Positions 51,569 to 62,025 are shown, numbered from the stretch's first letter. The stretch is 64,000 nt of DNA from a bacterium (GCA_965203325.1 OZ241875.1:1664001-1728000); one strand, 5' to 3'. Program-made: numbers and translations. The notes: a model not told the origin generated them from the letters alone.

Positions 51569-51824
51569 AAGTTTGAAGCAGGACGCCTATGGCTTCGGGG
51601 CTTCACGGCCCCGGGGCCCAAGGCGATATGAGGAGAGCGGAAAGGGGGTTGCCCGTTGGTTGCTTCCCTCGTGAGAGCAAACTGTACCGCTCCTGGTTGT
51701 GAGTTTGAGTCCTCGAGCCGGGAGGGGGAACAACGGGCGGCCCCTGTTTTCGCTTCATGAAAGCAGCCGACACCCCGACTCGGCCTGCACCTCGGGGATC
51801 GTGTCGCAGCAATTCCCATCTTCA

Positions 51825-52207
51825 GGGGTTTTTTCAACCCCTTTAAGCAGCCCTTTGCGGGGTGTCGGCCCTTTTTTCCTTGAAAGGCAAACCCTCCCTC
51901 ATCGGTCGGGTTTGACCCCCAACCCCCCCTTAACCAGGGGGGTAAAAACAAAAAACCCTCTGAAGCAGTGGGGTACGATGGTTTTGTAGGGGTCGCATAT
52001 ATGCGACCCTGGTTTTTTGCCCTCGACACGGGCCGCATATATGCGGCCCCTACAAAAGGCGTAATCGCCGTAGGGACACGGGCCCCGGACAAGCACAGGG
52101 GCCTGTCCCTACAGAATCGCAACGAACCCGTAGGGGCGCTTCGTGAAGCGCCCGTTTCTCCGGCAAGGGTCGTTCACGAATATGGGCGGTTCGCGAACCG
52201 CCCCTAC
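51825..52207. repeat. REP mosaic including a ~70-bp unit (51921-51990) repeated at 54277-54349
   Basis: cccccccttaac(c)agggggg-taaaaacaaaaaacc...gatggttttgtagggg at both loci; three GTAG doublets follow. Confidence 0.8.
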
Positions 52208-52262
52208 AGCGGGTGCGGCGTTTGATCGTCATGCCGGCGAAGGCGTCGGCGTTCGTCGAAGC

Positions 52263-54131
52263 CTATTTCGCAGCCGTATCGGACAGGGCATCCGGATCAG
52301 CCGCGTCCCCGCCCCCGCTCTCATGCACGCTCTCCCCGCGATGCAGCCGGCGGGCGATGGTCGCGGTCTGGTACCTGGCGCGCTGGGTCGGGGAATGCGC
52401 GGCGAGAAAGCGGGCCACGGCGATCAGAATGTGACAGCCTTCAGGCTCACCCGCCCACTCGCGGTACTGCTGCACGCCCGCCTCGTACATCTGGAACATG
52501 TGAAAGCTCGCGTCCTCGCGCAGGAGCGCATGGCCGAGCGTCGCGATGATACCTGCGGGGTCGTGGCCCTCGTCCAAATACCGGGCGACCAGCCGCGCCG
52601 CCGGCTGGACCTGCTGCTGGCGGTCCATCACGTCGAGCAGGCCCTGGCGGAGCGCCGCCGCGTCTTCGGGGAGCCGGGCCAGCGCCGCAGGCTCCTCCTC
52701 CGGCAGCCGGGCCGGGGGCACGTTGAGAAAGCGATTCGTGTAGACCGCCATGGCGCCGTGGTACACGCCGCGCACCACGTCGCCCTGGACCTCGGGCGGC
52801 GTCTCGCCCGCCGCGGTGATGCGCTTCAGAACCTGATGCAACGCGTTGGCGTAGGTGAAGGCGTGAAGCGCCGCGTTCCAGTCGGAAAACTCGTTCGAGG
52901 TGCCGAAGCGCGCCACGCGGATAGCCGCCGCATAAGCGAGCGAGCGGGAGAGGTCCGTCGGCCGGGCGCCGGCGGCGACCGCGGCGCCCAAGGCGGCGAT
53001 GATGGGCCCGGCCTCCTCGCCGAGGATGGCCCCGGCCAGCGCGCGGTGATCCCGCCAGACGCCCTTCGCCTCCCCCCCTTTCCTGAAAAGCTTGGGCAAC
53101 TCGGCGAAGGCCGCCTCCAGGAGGGGCACCAGATCGAGCGGGTGGCGCCAGGCGTTCGCCTCCTCCTCGCCGCGCGCCGCCACCATGGTCTTGACCACCG
53201 TGGGCAGGATGGCCTCGGCGTGTCGCCAGCCGATGGTATCGAGGCACTCCATCGCCTTGTTGATGAAATCGAGGCTGTGGCCGCGATCGGCGTAGTAGCG
53301 ATCGGTCTGTGCGGTGATCAGGAGCGCGGCGAGCTCCGCGGGCGTCGCGCCGGCGGCGATCGCGGTGAGCACGGTGCGCTCCGCGCCGTCGCGGTGGCGC
53401 ACCAGGGACCAGTGCCGGAGCCAGTCCCGCAGGGTGTCCGCAGGCGGCGCGGCCCCGGCCAGGGGCTTGCGGTCGCGGCGCGGCATCTCGCCGGCGCAGT
53501 CGCCGGCCACCTCGGAGATGCCCTTGAACAGCGCGAGATAGCGGTCGTCCTCATCGAGGGCCGGCAACACGTTCGCCAGCGCGGCCAGAATCGTCGAACC
53601 GGCGCTCCAGTCGTCGCGGTTCCGCGCGCCGAACAGGAAGGCGTCGGCGAGGATATTGGCGCTCGCAACGGATCGATCGAGCAGGCCGAGCACCGCCTTC
53701 CCGGACACCAGGTCCAGGTCGTGCGCCATGGCGTCGCCGAGCCGCGTGCGCCAATAGTCGCCCTCGTCAGGATAACTGCAATCGGCCGCGACCCAGACCG
53801 CGTCGCCCCGCACCTCGACCCTGGCCCTCGGCACGTCGTCGGCCCACAGATCAAAGGTGCAACCGCTCTCGAGATCGAAGCGGGCGTGATGCCAGTGGCA
53901 GGTGAGGATGCCGTTCTCCACCGACCCCCGGTGGAGCGGGAAGCCGAGATGGGGACAGCGGTTGTCGAGCGCGTGAAGGCGGCCCCCCTCATACACCACG
54001 AGGATGGGATGGCGCCGGCCGCTCACCACTTTCATGCGCTCCCGCTTGAGCTCATCAAGTGCGCCGACACGAATGAAATCGCCCGCCCTTATCGACTTGC
54101 GGCGGGATTCCGGCTTGCGTTCCGTCATCAT
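52263..54131 (-). CDS. Rieske [2Fe-2S] domain fused to a large helical domain of unknown function
   Basis: CPHLGFPL...CHWHHARF Rieske motifs; His/Glu-rich motifs GHSLDF, NEFSDW...HAFTY, REDASFH. Confidence 0.88.
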   Translation of the reverse strand: MMTERKPESRRKSIRAGDFIRVGALDELKRERMKVVSGRRHPILVVYEGGRLHALDNRCPHLGFPLHRGSVENGILTCHWHHARFDLESGCTFDLWADDVPRARVEVRGDAVWVAADCSYPDEGDYWRTRLGDAMAHDLDLVSGKAVLGLLDRSVASANILADAFLFGARNRDDWSAGSTILAALANVLPALDEDDRYLALFKGISEVAGDCAGEMPRRDRKPLAGAAPPADTLRDWLRHWSLVRHRDGAERTVLTAIAAGATPAELAALLITAQTDRYYADRGHSLDFINKAMECLDTIGWRHAEAILPTVVKTMVAARGEEEANAWRHPLDLVPLLEAAFAELPKLFRKGGEAKGVWRDHRALAGAILGEEAGPIIAALGAAVAAGARPTDLSRSLAYAAAIRVARFGTSNEFSDWNAALHAFTYANALHQVLKRITAAGETPPEVQGDVVRGVYHGAMAVYTNRFLNVPPARLPEEEPAALARLPEDAAALRQGLLDVMDRQQQVQPAARLVARYLDEGHDPAGIIATLGHALLREDASFHMFQMYEAGVQQYREWAGEPEGCHILIAVARFLAAHSPTQRARYQTATIARRLHRGESVHESGGGDAADPDALSDTAAK

Positions 54132-54276
54132 CCCTCCATTCCGCGCGGGGCGGGGAGGCTTCGCCGCCTCGTTCGTCCCCGAACGTCCGCAACACCCTAC
54201 CGGCGGAACAGCTCCCCGGCAAGAGCAAGTCCTTAGGGGATAAAGGACAGCCCCTCCTCGGGGCTGTCCTGCCCCC

Positions 54277-54725
54277 CCTACCCCCCCTTAACAGGGGGGT
54301 AAAAACAAAAAACCCCCTGAAACAGTGGGTGTATGATGGTTTTGTAGGGGCGGACCCGTGTGTCCGCCCAATCGCTCGGACGAGAACACGGAAAAACGGA
54401 AACCCTCCCGCCCTGATTGGAACTGGCCCCGCCGCCGTCATTCCGGCGAAAGCCGGAATCCATTTTCGTCTTTATCTTTGGCCTTTTGCCGGACGTCCTC
54501 TCTCCCGACCGGGGAAGATACGGACGCCGCCATATATCCGCCTCATCCGTTCCGGATTCGGACGTGGCGCTCCCTCCCGCGAGTCGGAATCAAATGCGAA
54601 AACGAAAGCAAAAATCATAAAATGGATTCCGGCTTTCGCCGGAATGACGGTGGTTTATCTCGGGCAATGAGGAAAAACGCAAGGACAGGTCGCGACCCCG
54701 GACAGGCACAGGGGCCTGTCCCTAC
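54277..54725. repeat. REP mosaic with long GTCATTCC element (54436-54649) and GTAG REPs
   Basis: Inverted copy of 37408-37624; ggacaggtcgcgacc and ggacaggcacaggggcctgtccctac. Confidence 0.82.
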
Positions 54726-54928
54726 GTCCCGCGTATCTCGACGACCCTGCCCGCGCCCGAAACGTCCACATCCTGGACGTCCACGGAGAGGCATCCCTCG
54801 ACCGCCTCGTAGAGATTGCTCAACAACTCCTCGAACGTATCTCCCTGCGTCGCACACCCGGGGACGGCCGGGACTTCGGCCCAATATCCACCTTCTTCCG
54901 CCTCGTGAACGACTACCTTGAGTTTCAC
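54722..54928 (-). CDS. hicB: HicB-family antitoxin (orphan)
   Basis: GTG start after GGAGG; KLKVVVHEAEEGGYWAEVPAVPGCATQGDTFEELLSNLYEAVEGCL. Confidence 0.85.
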   Translation of the reverse strand: MKLKVVVHEAEEGGYWAEVPAVPGCATQGDTFEELLSNLYEAVEGCLSVDVQDVDVSGAGRVVEIRGT

Positions 54929-55144
54929 GGGTTCCCCTCCCTTCGCTCGACGTCGGGCAAATTCAGCAATTTTCACCCTCAAGGCCCGGCCTGCGAACAT
55001 TCATTCGAACTTATGCTGCGGCTCTCCACAATATCCATTCAGGAACCGACGATTCGCACCTGCGTCCGAGTGTACCACAATGACGGCCATCTGCGGTTGC
55101 GGGGTCGCAAGGACAAACGCGGAGGCCTGTCTGGAAACACCCCC

Positions 55145-55546
55145 CTACCCCGCCTGTTCCCGCTCCATGTCCGCCGCGAGGTCCCGCTGATCGACGAAAT
55201 GCGTGTCCTCGTGCAGGTAGCCCGCGAAATTATCCAAGCGGATGGGGCCTGCGGCCTCGAAGGCCACCGTGTCTTCGAGATAGTCCGCCTGGTGCTCGGT
55301 GTGCGGCGGCACGTACCAGACGTCGCCGGGCTTCAAGACCGCCACCGGGTCGTCGCCCGCCTGCACGCGGGCGGAGCCGCTGATGAGGCAGAAAATCTGC
55401 TCCGCCTCGTGGTGGTGCCTGCGGGTGGAATTCCCGCCTTTCGCGTGGATGTAGCTGATCATGCAGTGCTTCCCGCTCACGAGGCCGACTTCCACCCCCG
55501 GGAAGGGCACCTTCACAGGCAGTTCGTCCCAATTCGTCACCGGCAT
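55145..55546 (-). CDS. cupin-domain protein
   Basis: HHHEAEQ..ISG and LKPGDVWYVPPHTEH cupin motifs; AAGGAG RBS. Confidence 0.88.
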   Translation of the reverse strand: MPVTNWDELPVKVPFPGVEVGLVSGKHCMISYIHAKGGNSTRRHHHEAEQIFCLISGSARVQAGDDPVAVLKPGDVWYVPPHTEHQADYLEDTVAFEAAGPIRLDNFAGYLHEDTHFVDQRDLAADMEREQAG

Positions 55547-55695
55547 TTTCGTCTCCTTTTTGTGAATCCAATCAAGCAAAGTTGACAGTATCTAAAAGTA
55601 TAAATATACATGTCAAAACTACTCTCATTTACATAATTCATACGCTCAAGAAAAGAAATGTCAGAAGCGATAAATCCTTATGGTGCTCTGGAAGG

Positions 55696-55914
55696 ATGAA
55701 AGGCATGAAAACCGGAAATCTTTCAAGGGATAATACAATCGAAAGATTGTCAGATGAAGAAGACAGATTGGCTCTTCTGGAAATGGCCAAAGAAGAAAAC
55801 AACCCGAAATTTTACAGACACATATTAAAGCTGGTCGAGGATGCTCGAAAAGGCAACCCCCCCTACCCCCCCTTAACAGGGGAGCAAGAAAAAGCAAAAC
55901 CCTCAGCCCCCTGA
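55696..55914 (+). pseudogene. AT-rich short ORF, probably a truncated gene whose 3' end is repeat-derived
   Basis: Protein-like N-terminus (IERLSDEEDRLALLEMAKEE...) runs into the GAAAAGGCAACCCCCCTACCCC repeat at ~55847. Confidence 0.45.
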
Positions 55915-56058
55915 AAAACCCCGTATGAAGCCCCTCCGCAGATCACTCTACGCGGAGTAGAATAACAAATTCACTCCCCCCTTGAGGGGGTTGTCACCTC
56001 CTGCCGAAGTGAAAGAATCAACTCCCCCCTTGAGGGGGAGTCACAGAGGCCGAGCGGT

Positions 56059-57445
56059 GAGTTACTGTCAAATGTTGTGTATGGCCGTCTTGAGTTCAGC
56101 GGCCTCCCTGCCGGTTTGTTTTTCGTTCATCCCATCGATGAACCTCACGTCGGTGATCACGTCGGCCAGCTGGCGCAAGCCGCCCAGCCGCCCCCATCGC
56201 TTCTCGGCGCTCATGGCGAGTTGGTGAATCAGGCTCAGCGCCGTCTTCTCGCTCAGGCAGTTCCTCGTCTTCGCCGTTCGCAGCCGGATCGTGGCGAAGG
56301 TCGACTCGATCGGGTTCGTCGTCCGAATGCTCCGCCAGTGCGCCGCCGGGAAGTCGTAGAAGGCGAACAACTCCTCGCGGTCCCTCGACAGGCACGCGGC
56401 GGCCTTGGGATACTTCGCCTCCCAGGTGGCGAGAAAGCGTTCGAACGCCTTCTCCGCATGCGCGCGGGTCTCCGCCCTCCACATCTCATACAGCATCGGC
56501 CTCGCTTCGACCTGAGCGCTCTTGGGCAGCTTGTCGAGAACGTTCGCCGTCTTGTGCACCCAGCAGCGCTGCGCCCGGGTCCCGGGGTACACCTCGGCCA
56601 GCGCCGACCACAACCCCAGCCCCCCGTCGCCCACGGCGAGCTTCGCCGCCTTCACGCCCCGCTCCCGCAGGCGCAACAAAACCGCCTTCCAGCTCTCCTT
56701 CGATTCACGGAACCCCGCCTCCAGGGCCAGGAAGCGCTTGCGGCCTCGCGCGTCGCAGCCCACGACCACCAGAAGGCAGCGCCGCTCCCCGCTGCGAACG
56801 TTCACGTAGATGCCGTCCGCCCACAGATACGCGAACTCCTCCCCGTGCCACGCCCGCTCGCGCCACTGCGCGTACTCGCGCTCCCAGCCCTCCTTGAGCC
56901 GCGAGACGCTCGCCGGGGACAAGCCCCCCACCGACTCGCCGAACAGCGCCGTGAGCGCCTCGCCGAAGTCGTTCGTCGATACCCCCTTCAGGTACAGCCA
57001 CGGTATCACCGCTTCCACGCGCCGCGTCTTGCGCAGATACGGCGGCAGCAACTCCGAGCGGAAACGCCGCCCCGACCCCGACCTGTCCCGCGTCCGGGGC
57101 ACCTGGACACGCACCGGACCCACTCCCGTCAACACCTCCCGCGACGGCAGATACCCGTTGCGAACCACCGCGCGGCGGCCCTGCGCGTCACGATCGCCCG
57201 CATATTCTTCGAGAAACGCCGCCAACTCCGCTTCCACCGCCTGGCGGATGATTCGTCGCGCGCCCGCGCGCAACAGTTCGCTCAACTCGTCCCGTAGGGC
57301 TGGATTCTTCATGGGAATCGTCGTATCTTCTCTCATGGTGGCGCATCTCCTTGTGCTGAATGACCGGGCTATTTGGCAAACCCTATTTCAGCAGGATGCG
57401 CCGCCTTCTTCAATTCAGCCCATACACAAGTTTTGAGCGTAACTC
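56059..57445 (-). mobile_element. IS256-family insertion sequence
   Basis: 26-bp imperfect TIRs GAGTTAC..TCAAA..TTGTGTATGG (22/26); 9-bp TSD CCGAGCGGT at 56050-56058 and 57446-57454. Confidence 0.93.
56068..57336 (-). CDS. IS256-family (mutator-type) transposase
   Basis: VRNGY, VPRTRDR, LYLKGVST, WADGIY, VGDGGLG, QRCWVHK, RTTNPIESTF. Confidence 0.95.
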   Translation of the reverse strand: MREDTTIPMKNPALRDELSELLRAGARRIIRQAVEAELAAFLEEYAGDRDAQGRRAVVRNGYLPSREVLTGVGPVRVQVPRTRDRSGSGRRFRSELLPPYLRKTRRVEAVIPWLYLKGVSTNDFGEALTALFGESVGGLSPASVSRLKEGWEREYAQWRERAWHGEEFAYLWADGIYVNVRSGERRCLLVVVGCDARGRKRFLALEAGFRESKESWKAVLLRLRERGVKAAKLAVGDGGLGLWSALAEVYPGTRAQRCWVHKTANVLDKLPKSAQVEARPMLYEMWRAETRAHAEKAFERFLATWEAKYPKAAACLSRDREELFAFYDFPAAHWRSIRTTNPIESTFATIRLRTAKTRNCLSEKTALSLIHQLAMSAEKRWGRLGGLRQLADVITDVRFIDGMNEKQTGREAAELKTAIHNI

Positions 57446-57736
57446 CCGAGCGGTTTGTGCGAAGGCCGATGTGGTGGGGGGAGTTTTTTCTGTGGCATGT
57501 CCCCCCACCGAATCGCTTGCGGGCTTCGCCCTTAGCTCTTCGACTCCCCCTCAAGGGGGGAGTTGATCCTTTTTTGCGGGGGTTGCCTTTTTATACCCCC
57601 CTGACAAGGGGGGGGTTGGTTTTCAAGGTCCTCGGACAGGCACGGGGTCCCCGGACAGGTCGCGACCTCGGACAGGCTCTAGGGCCTGTCCGCTACAATT
57701 CCTCGCGCCTCAATCGCGTTTGACCACCCACCCCAC

Positions 57737-58645
57737 CTATACCTCCTGCAGCCTCCTCACGGCCTCGGCGGGCAGGGGTTCGCCGCATGCGGCGTTCTGC
57801 CGGGACTGCTCGGGCGTCCGGATGCCCGGAATCACGCAGCTCACGTTCTCGTTCGAGACGCAGAAGCGAATGGCCGCCTGGGCCGCCGAAACCCCGAGAT
57901 TCTCCGCCACCTCGCGGGTGCGGGCGAGCTGGGCCTGGAACTTGCGGATGTTCTCGGGCGAGAGGATGCCCTTTCTCCGGTCGCCTTCGGCGAACTCGAA
58001 CGCCTCGTCGATGCGGCCCGAGAGGAAGCCCCGCTTGAGCGGCACGCGGGATATGACGCCGACGTCCGCCGCGCGCGCGCGGGCGAAGGCGGGCGCCGCC
58101 TCCTGGCTGATGACGTTGTACTCCATCTGCATGGTGGCGGGCTTGTCCTGCTCCGCGGCGAGGTTGCATTCCTCCACCGTGTTGATCGAAACGCCCCAGT
58201 GTTTGATCTTCCCGTCGTCCTTCGCCTTCTCCAGCAGCGCGTAGCTGTCCTCGGCCGCCATGTTGTCGACGCCCGGGTTGTGGAGCTGGTAGTAGTCGAT
58301 AACGTCCATCCCGAGGCGCTTCAGGCTCCCCTCGAGGCAGCCCGCGATGTACTCGGGATTGAAATTGCGCTGGCCCGTCGACATGTCGTTCCCGCCCTTG
58401 GTGAAGATGAGGATATCGGCGCGGTCTGTCCGCTCGTTCAGGAACTTGCCGATGACGGTCTCGCTGTGGCCGACGCCGTAGGCGTCGGACGTATCGATGA
58501 AGTTCATGCCCGAATCGATGGCCGCGTGCAGGGCGCGGTTGGACTCGCCGTCGTCCACCGGGCCGAAGACGCCGCCGATGGTCATGGCGCCGAACCCGAT
58601 GACCGTGACCTCCAGACCCGTGCGTCCGAGTGTTCTTTTTTCCAT
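57737..58645 (-). CDS. aldo/keto reductase
   Basis: RTLGRTGLEV, NFIDTSDAYG.GHSE, SLKRL..D.IDYYQLH, VIPG. Confidence 0.93.
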   Translation of the reverse strand: MEKRTLGRTGLEVTVIGFGAMTIGGVFGPVDDGESNRALHAAIDSGMNFIDTSDAYGVGHSETVIGKFLNERTDRADILIFTKGGNDMSTGQRNFNPEYIAGCLEGSLKRLGMDVIDYYQLHNPGVDNMAAEDSYALLEKAKDDGKIKHWGVSINTVEECNLAAEQDKPATMQMEYNVISQEAAPAFARARAADVGVISRVPLKRGFLSGRIDEAFEFAEGDRRKGILSPENIRKFQAQLARTREVAENLGVSAAQAAIRFCVSNENVSCVIPGIRTPEQSRQNAACGEPLPAEAVRRLQEV

Positions 58646-58830
58646 TTTTTTCTCCATAAAAGAAGGCAAAATTTCAACAATCCGGCGGGCCGTTTCAGGA
58701 AAACCCTGAACCGTTACCGGAAAACAGTGATTGCGTGGATGCGCGCGAAGGCGGGGGTATCATAGCTTTCATGCCGCGGGATAAGCAATCGAACTTGCAT
58801 ATGCGGTGTGGGGGGAGGCGCGTGGGTTTC

Positions 58831-59335
58831 GGACAACCACGGGGGGGTTGTCCCTACGGAAACCGCGTGTATTGAAACGAACCCGTAGGGGCGGCCCCCC
58901 GTGGCCGCCCTGCCCCCGTGTGGTCACCCGGTTTCGGGTTTTGGCCGTCATTCCGGCGAAAGCCGGAATCCATTTTCGCCTTTGCCTTTTCGCCTTCCCG
59001 TTCGGACGTTTTCGCTCCCGGGCCAATAAAATCAGAATCGAAGCCAAAAACGAAAGGCGAATTCTCTGGATTCCCGCATCCGGACGCCGCGCATCAACAA
59101 GGTCGTGACCGCCCTGCCCGGTAAAAAGTCAAAATGGATTCCGGCTTTCGCCGGAATGACGGTGGTTTATCTCGGTCGATGAGGTAAATAACAAGGACAG
59201 GTCGCGACCTGTCCCTACAGACGCCATGTAAATCGCCAGGGACCTCGGACAGGCACAGGGGCCTGTCCCTACGGGTAGCTTATCCTCCCCTCTCGAAATC
59301 GACCCGCATTTCCCCGCAATTGCCGTCATTCCCGA
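58831..59335. repeat. REP mosaic (GTAG REPs flanking a GTCATTCC element at 58946-59161)
   Basis: Same units as at 29127-29346 and 54436-54725. Confidence 0.82.
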
Positions 59336-59809
59336 AACAGCGGACTGCGCTATCGTGCGCGCGACGCGGGGAAGCGGTTTCCCCGGCGGATCGAGACGCA
59401 GGGAGAGGAGGCTTTCTCATGGGATTCGGCGACGGGGCGAGGAAGAGTGACGAGAATGGACTCAGGAACGACACGGAAATGAAAATAATCATATTTCCCG
59501 TAAAATCAGATAAATTCACGATGTTTTTCGATAAATTTCTGAAAAATACCGTTCTCGTAAATCATTGTAATCATACAGGTTATCATTCAAATCTGAGCGC
59601 CCTGCACTAAGATTCAGCGATAAAAAAAGTTTTTCGCCTCCCGCGCATTTGCCCGCAACTGCCCGCATTCGGGCCCGCTGTCGGGAGCACCCCCATCCCC
59701 CCCGCCACCGCAACCGGCTCATACTGCGGCCCCGTATACGAAACGCCTTGTCTGGGCTATAATCGCCCCATCCAACCATCGGTATCCGCATCACCATGTG
59801 GAGGAAGAC

Positions 59810-61132
59810 ATGGACGATCTCAAACGACATGCCGTCGACTACCTCGACGGGCAGGCGGGCGAGGCGCGCGAAATCGCCCGCGAAATCTGGAACTTCGCGG
59901 AAATCGCTCTCGAGGAATTCAAGTCCGCGGAACTGCTCGAAGACGTGCTCGAGCAACACGGATTCGAGGTGCAGCGCGGGGTGGGCGACCTGCCCACCGC
60001 CTTCATCGCCAGGTGGGGCGATAGCGGCCCCGCCGTGGGAATACTCGGGGAATACGACGCGCTGCCCCACTGCGGGGATTCCCACGAGAAACAGGGCCAC
60101 GGCTGCGGGCACAACCTCTTCGGCACGGCGAGTTCCTACGCGGCGATTGCAGCGGCGCGCGCCCTGCGCGAATCGGGGACGAAGGGCCAAGTCGTCTGTT
60201 ACGGCTGCCCGGCGGAGGAGACCCTGGAGGGCAAGGTATACATGGCGCGCGACGGCGCGTTCGACGGCCTCGACGCGGCCGTCACCTGGCATCCCGGGGA
60301 TAAGAGCTTCACGCGGGGCGGCAGCACCAACGCGATGGACTCCATCGTCTTCGAGTTCTATGGCGAGACCGCCCACTCGGCCCGCGACCCCTGGAACGGC
60401 AGGAGCGCGCTAGACGGCGTGGAGATCATGAACTACGGCGTCAACATGATGCGCGAGCACGTCATCGAGCCGGTCAAGATCCACTACGTCATCACCGACG
60501 GCGGCGTGGCCCCCAACGTCGTGCCCTCCTACTCGCGCGTGTGGTACTACGTGCGCGCGCCCAAACGGGCGATGGTCAACGAACTGAGCGAGCGCGTTCG
60601 AAACTGCGCGAAAGCGGGCGCGCTGGCGTCGGGCACCACGATGAAGGAAACCCTCCTCACCGCCGTGTACGAGAATCTCCCCAACAGCGCCCTGGCCCAC
60701 TGCGTGCAGCGAAACCTCGAATTCGTGGGGGCGCACAGCTATTCGGACGAGGCGAAGGAATTCGCCCGCAAACTGGGCTACGAGACGCCGCTCTCGGAAG
60801 ATGTCTCCCCCCTCGACCCGGCGGACATCCGCCCGAGCAACGAGCGCGGCAACGTGAGCTGGCTCACGCCCCTGGGCAACCTGATGACAACCTGCCACGC
60901 GCCGGGGACGCCGGGGCATTCATGGCTCGCCACCCAGCAATACGGGATGGAAATCGGGGAGAAGGGCATGATGACCGCCGCCAAGACCATGGCGGCCACC
61001 GCGCTCGAACTCATCAGCGATGAGAACGTATTGAAGCAGGTGCGGGAGGAGTTCGAAGAGAAGACCAGAGGCTTTACCTACGACCCCATCATCCCCGAGG
61101 GGCAAAAACCAAACCCCCTGGGCATGAGGTAG
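59810..61132 (+). CDS. M20 amidohydrolase (AbgB-like)
   Basis: GEYDALP, GHGCGHNL, GCPAEE, WHP, GRSALD, PNVVP. Confidence 0.92.
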   Translation: MDDLKRHAVDYLDGQAGEAREIAREIWNFAEIALEEFKSAELLEDVLEQHGFEVQRGVGDLPTAFIARWGDSGPAVGILGEYDALPHCGDSHEKQGHGCGHNLFGTASSYAAIAAARALRESGTKGQVVCYGCPAEETLEGKVYMARDGAFDGLDAAVTWHPGDKSFTRGGSTNAMDSIVFEFYGETAHSARDPWNGRSALDGVEIMNYGVNMMREHVIEPVKIHYVITDGGVAPNVVPSYSRVWYYVRAPKRAMVNELSERVRNCAKAGALASGTTMKETLLTAVYENLPNSALAHCVQRNLEFVGAHSYSDEAKEFARKLGYETPLSEDVSPLDPADIRPSNERGNVSWLTPLGNLMTTCHAPGTPGHSWLATQQYGMEIGEKGMMTAAKTMAATALELISDENVLKQVREEFEEKTRGFTYDPIIPEGQKPNPLGMR

Positions 61133-61178
61133 AAATCATCGGCGAATCATTGATCAACACGAACCAGGAGAGCACACC

Positions 61179-62018
61179 ATGAAATTCGGCGTCGCGATTT
61201 TCCCGACCGATTATTCCATCGCCCCGCACCGGGTCGCCAAAGAGGCGGAAGACCGGGGCTTCGAGTCCATCTTCTTCCCGGAGCACACCCACATCCCGGC
61301 GAGCCGGAAAACACCTTGGCCCGGCGGCGCGGAACTCCCGAAGGAATACTCCCACTCGCTCGATCTTTTCGTGGCGTTAGGCGCCGCGGCGGCCGCGACG
61401 GAAAAAATCATGCTCGGCACGGGCATCTGCCTCGTCATCGAGCGCGACCCCATCACCCTCGCCAACGAGGTGGCCTCGCTCGATCACATCTCGAACGGCC
61501 GCGTGCTTTTCGGGATCGGCGGCGGCTGGAACCGCGAGGAGATGGAGAACCACGGAACGAACTACCAGAAGCGCTGGATCGTCCTGCGCGAGCGCATCGA
61601 GGCGATGAAAGCCATCTGGACGGAGGATGAGGCGAGCTATCACGGCGATTTCGTGGATTTCGAGCGCATCTGGTCCTGGCCCAAGCCGGTACGGAAACCG
61701 CACCCGCCCATACTCGTGGGCGGAAACGGGGCGAGGACGCTCGAGCGCGTGATTCGCTACGGGGATGAGTGGATGCCGCTGCCGCGCGGGGGCCTGGACC
61801 TCGCGCCAAGGATTCAGGAACTTCAGGATATGGCCGCCAAGGCGGGGCGCCCACCCGTTCCGGTCACCATATTCTTCGCGCCCCCCGACCTGGAGCAGCT
61901 GCGCGCTTACGAGGACCTGGGAGTGGGCAGATGCCTGTTCCCCCTGCCCTCGGCGGAGGAAGACGTCATTTTGCCGAAACTCGACGAGTTGGCCGGCGTC
62001 GTGGCGCAATACGGCTGA
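61179..62018 (+). CDS. LLM-class F420-dependent-type oxidoreductase (Rv2161c-like)
   Basis: AEDRGFES..PEHTHIP, SNGRVLFGIGGGWNREE, PKP..PHPPILVGG. Confidence 0.9.
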   Translation: MKFGVAIFPTDYSIAPHRVAKEAEDRGFESIFFPEHTHIPASRKTPWPGGAELPKEYSHSLDLFVALGAAAAATEKIMLGTGICLVIERDPITLANEVASLDHISNGRVLFGIGGGWNREEMENHGTNYQKRWIVLRERIEAMKAIWTEDEASYHGDFVDFERIWSWPKPVRKPHPPILVGGNGARTLERVIRYGDEWMPLPRGGLDLAPRIQELQDMAAKAGRPPVPVTIFFAPPDLEQLRAYEDLGVGRCLFPLPSAEEDVILPKLDELAGVVAQYG

Positions 62019-62025
62019 CCCAAAG

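Larger units (their letters stand above)
56017..57697. repeat. CCCCCCTTGAGGG-type MITE (56017-57567) interrupted by IS256, followed by GTAG-type REPs
   Basis: Removing the IS and one TSD copy restores an element matching the reverse complement of 48799-48975. Confidence 0.8.

Noticed and set aside
51986..52207. Tandem GTAG palindromes as a CRISPR array or integron attC array
   Set aside because: Units differ in sequence, occur as inverted doublets with irregular spacing, and no cas or integrase gene is present
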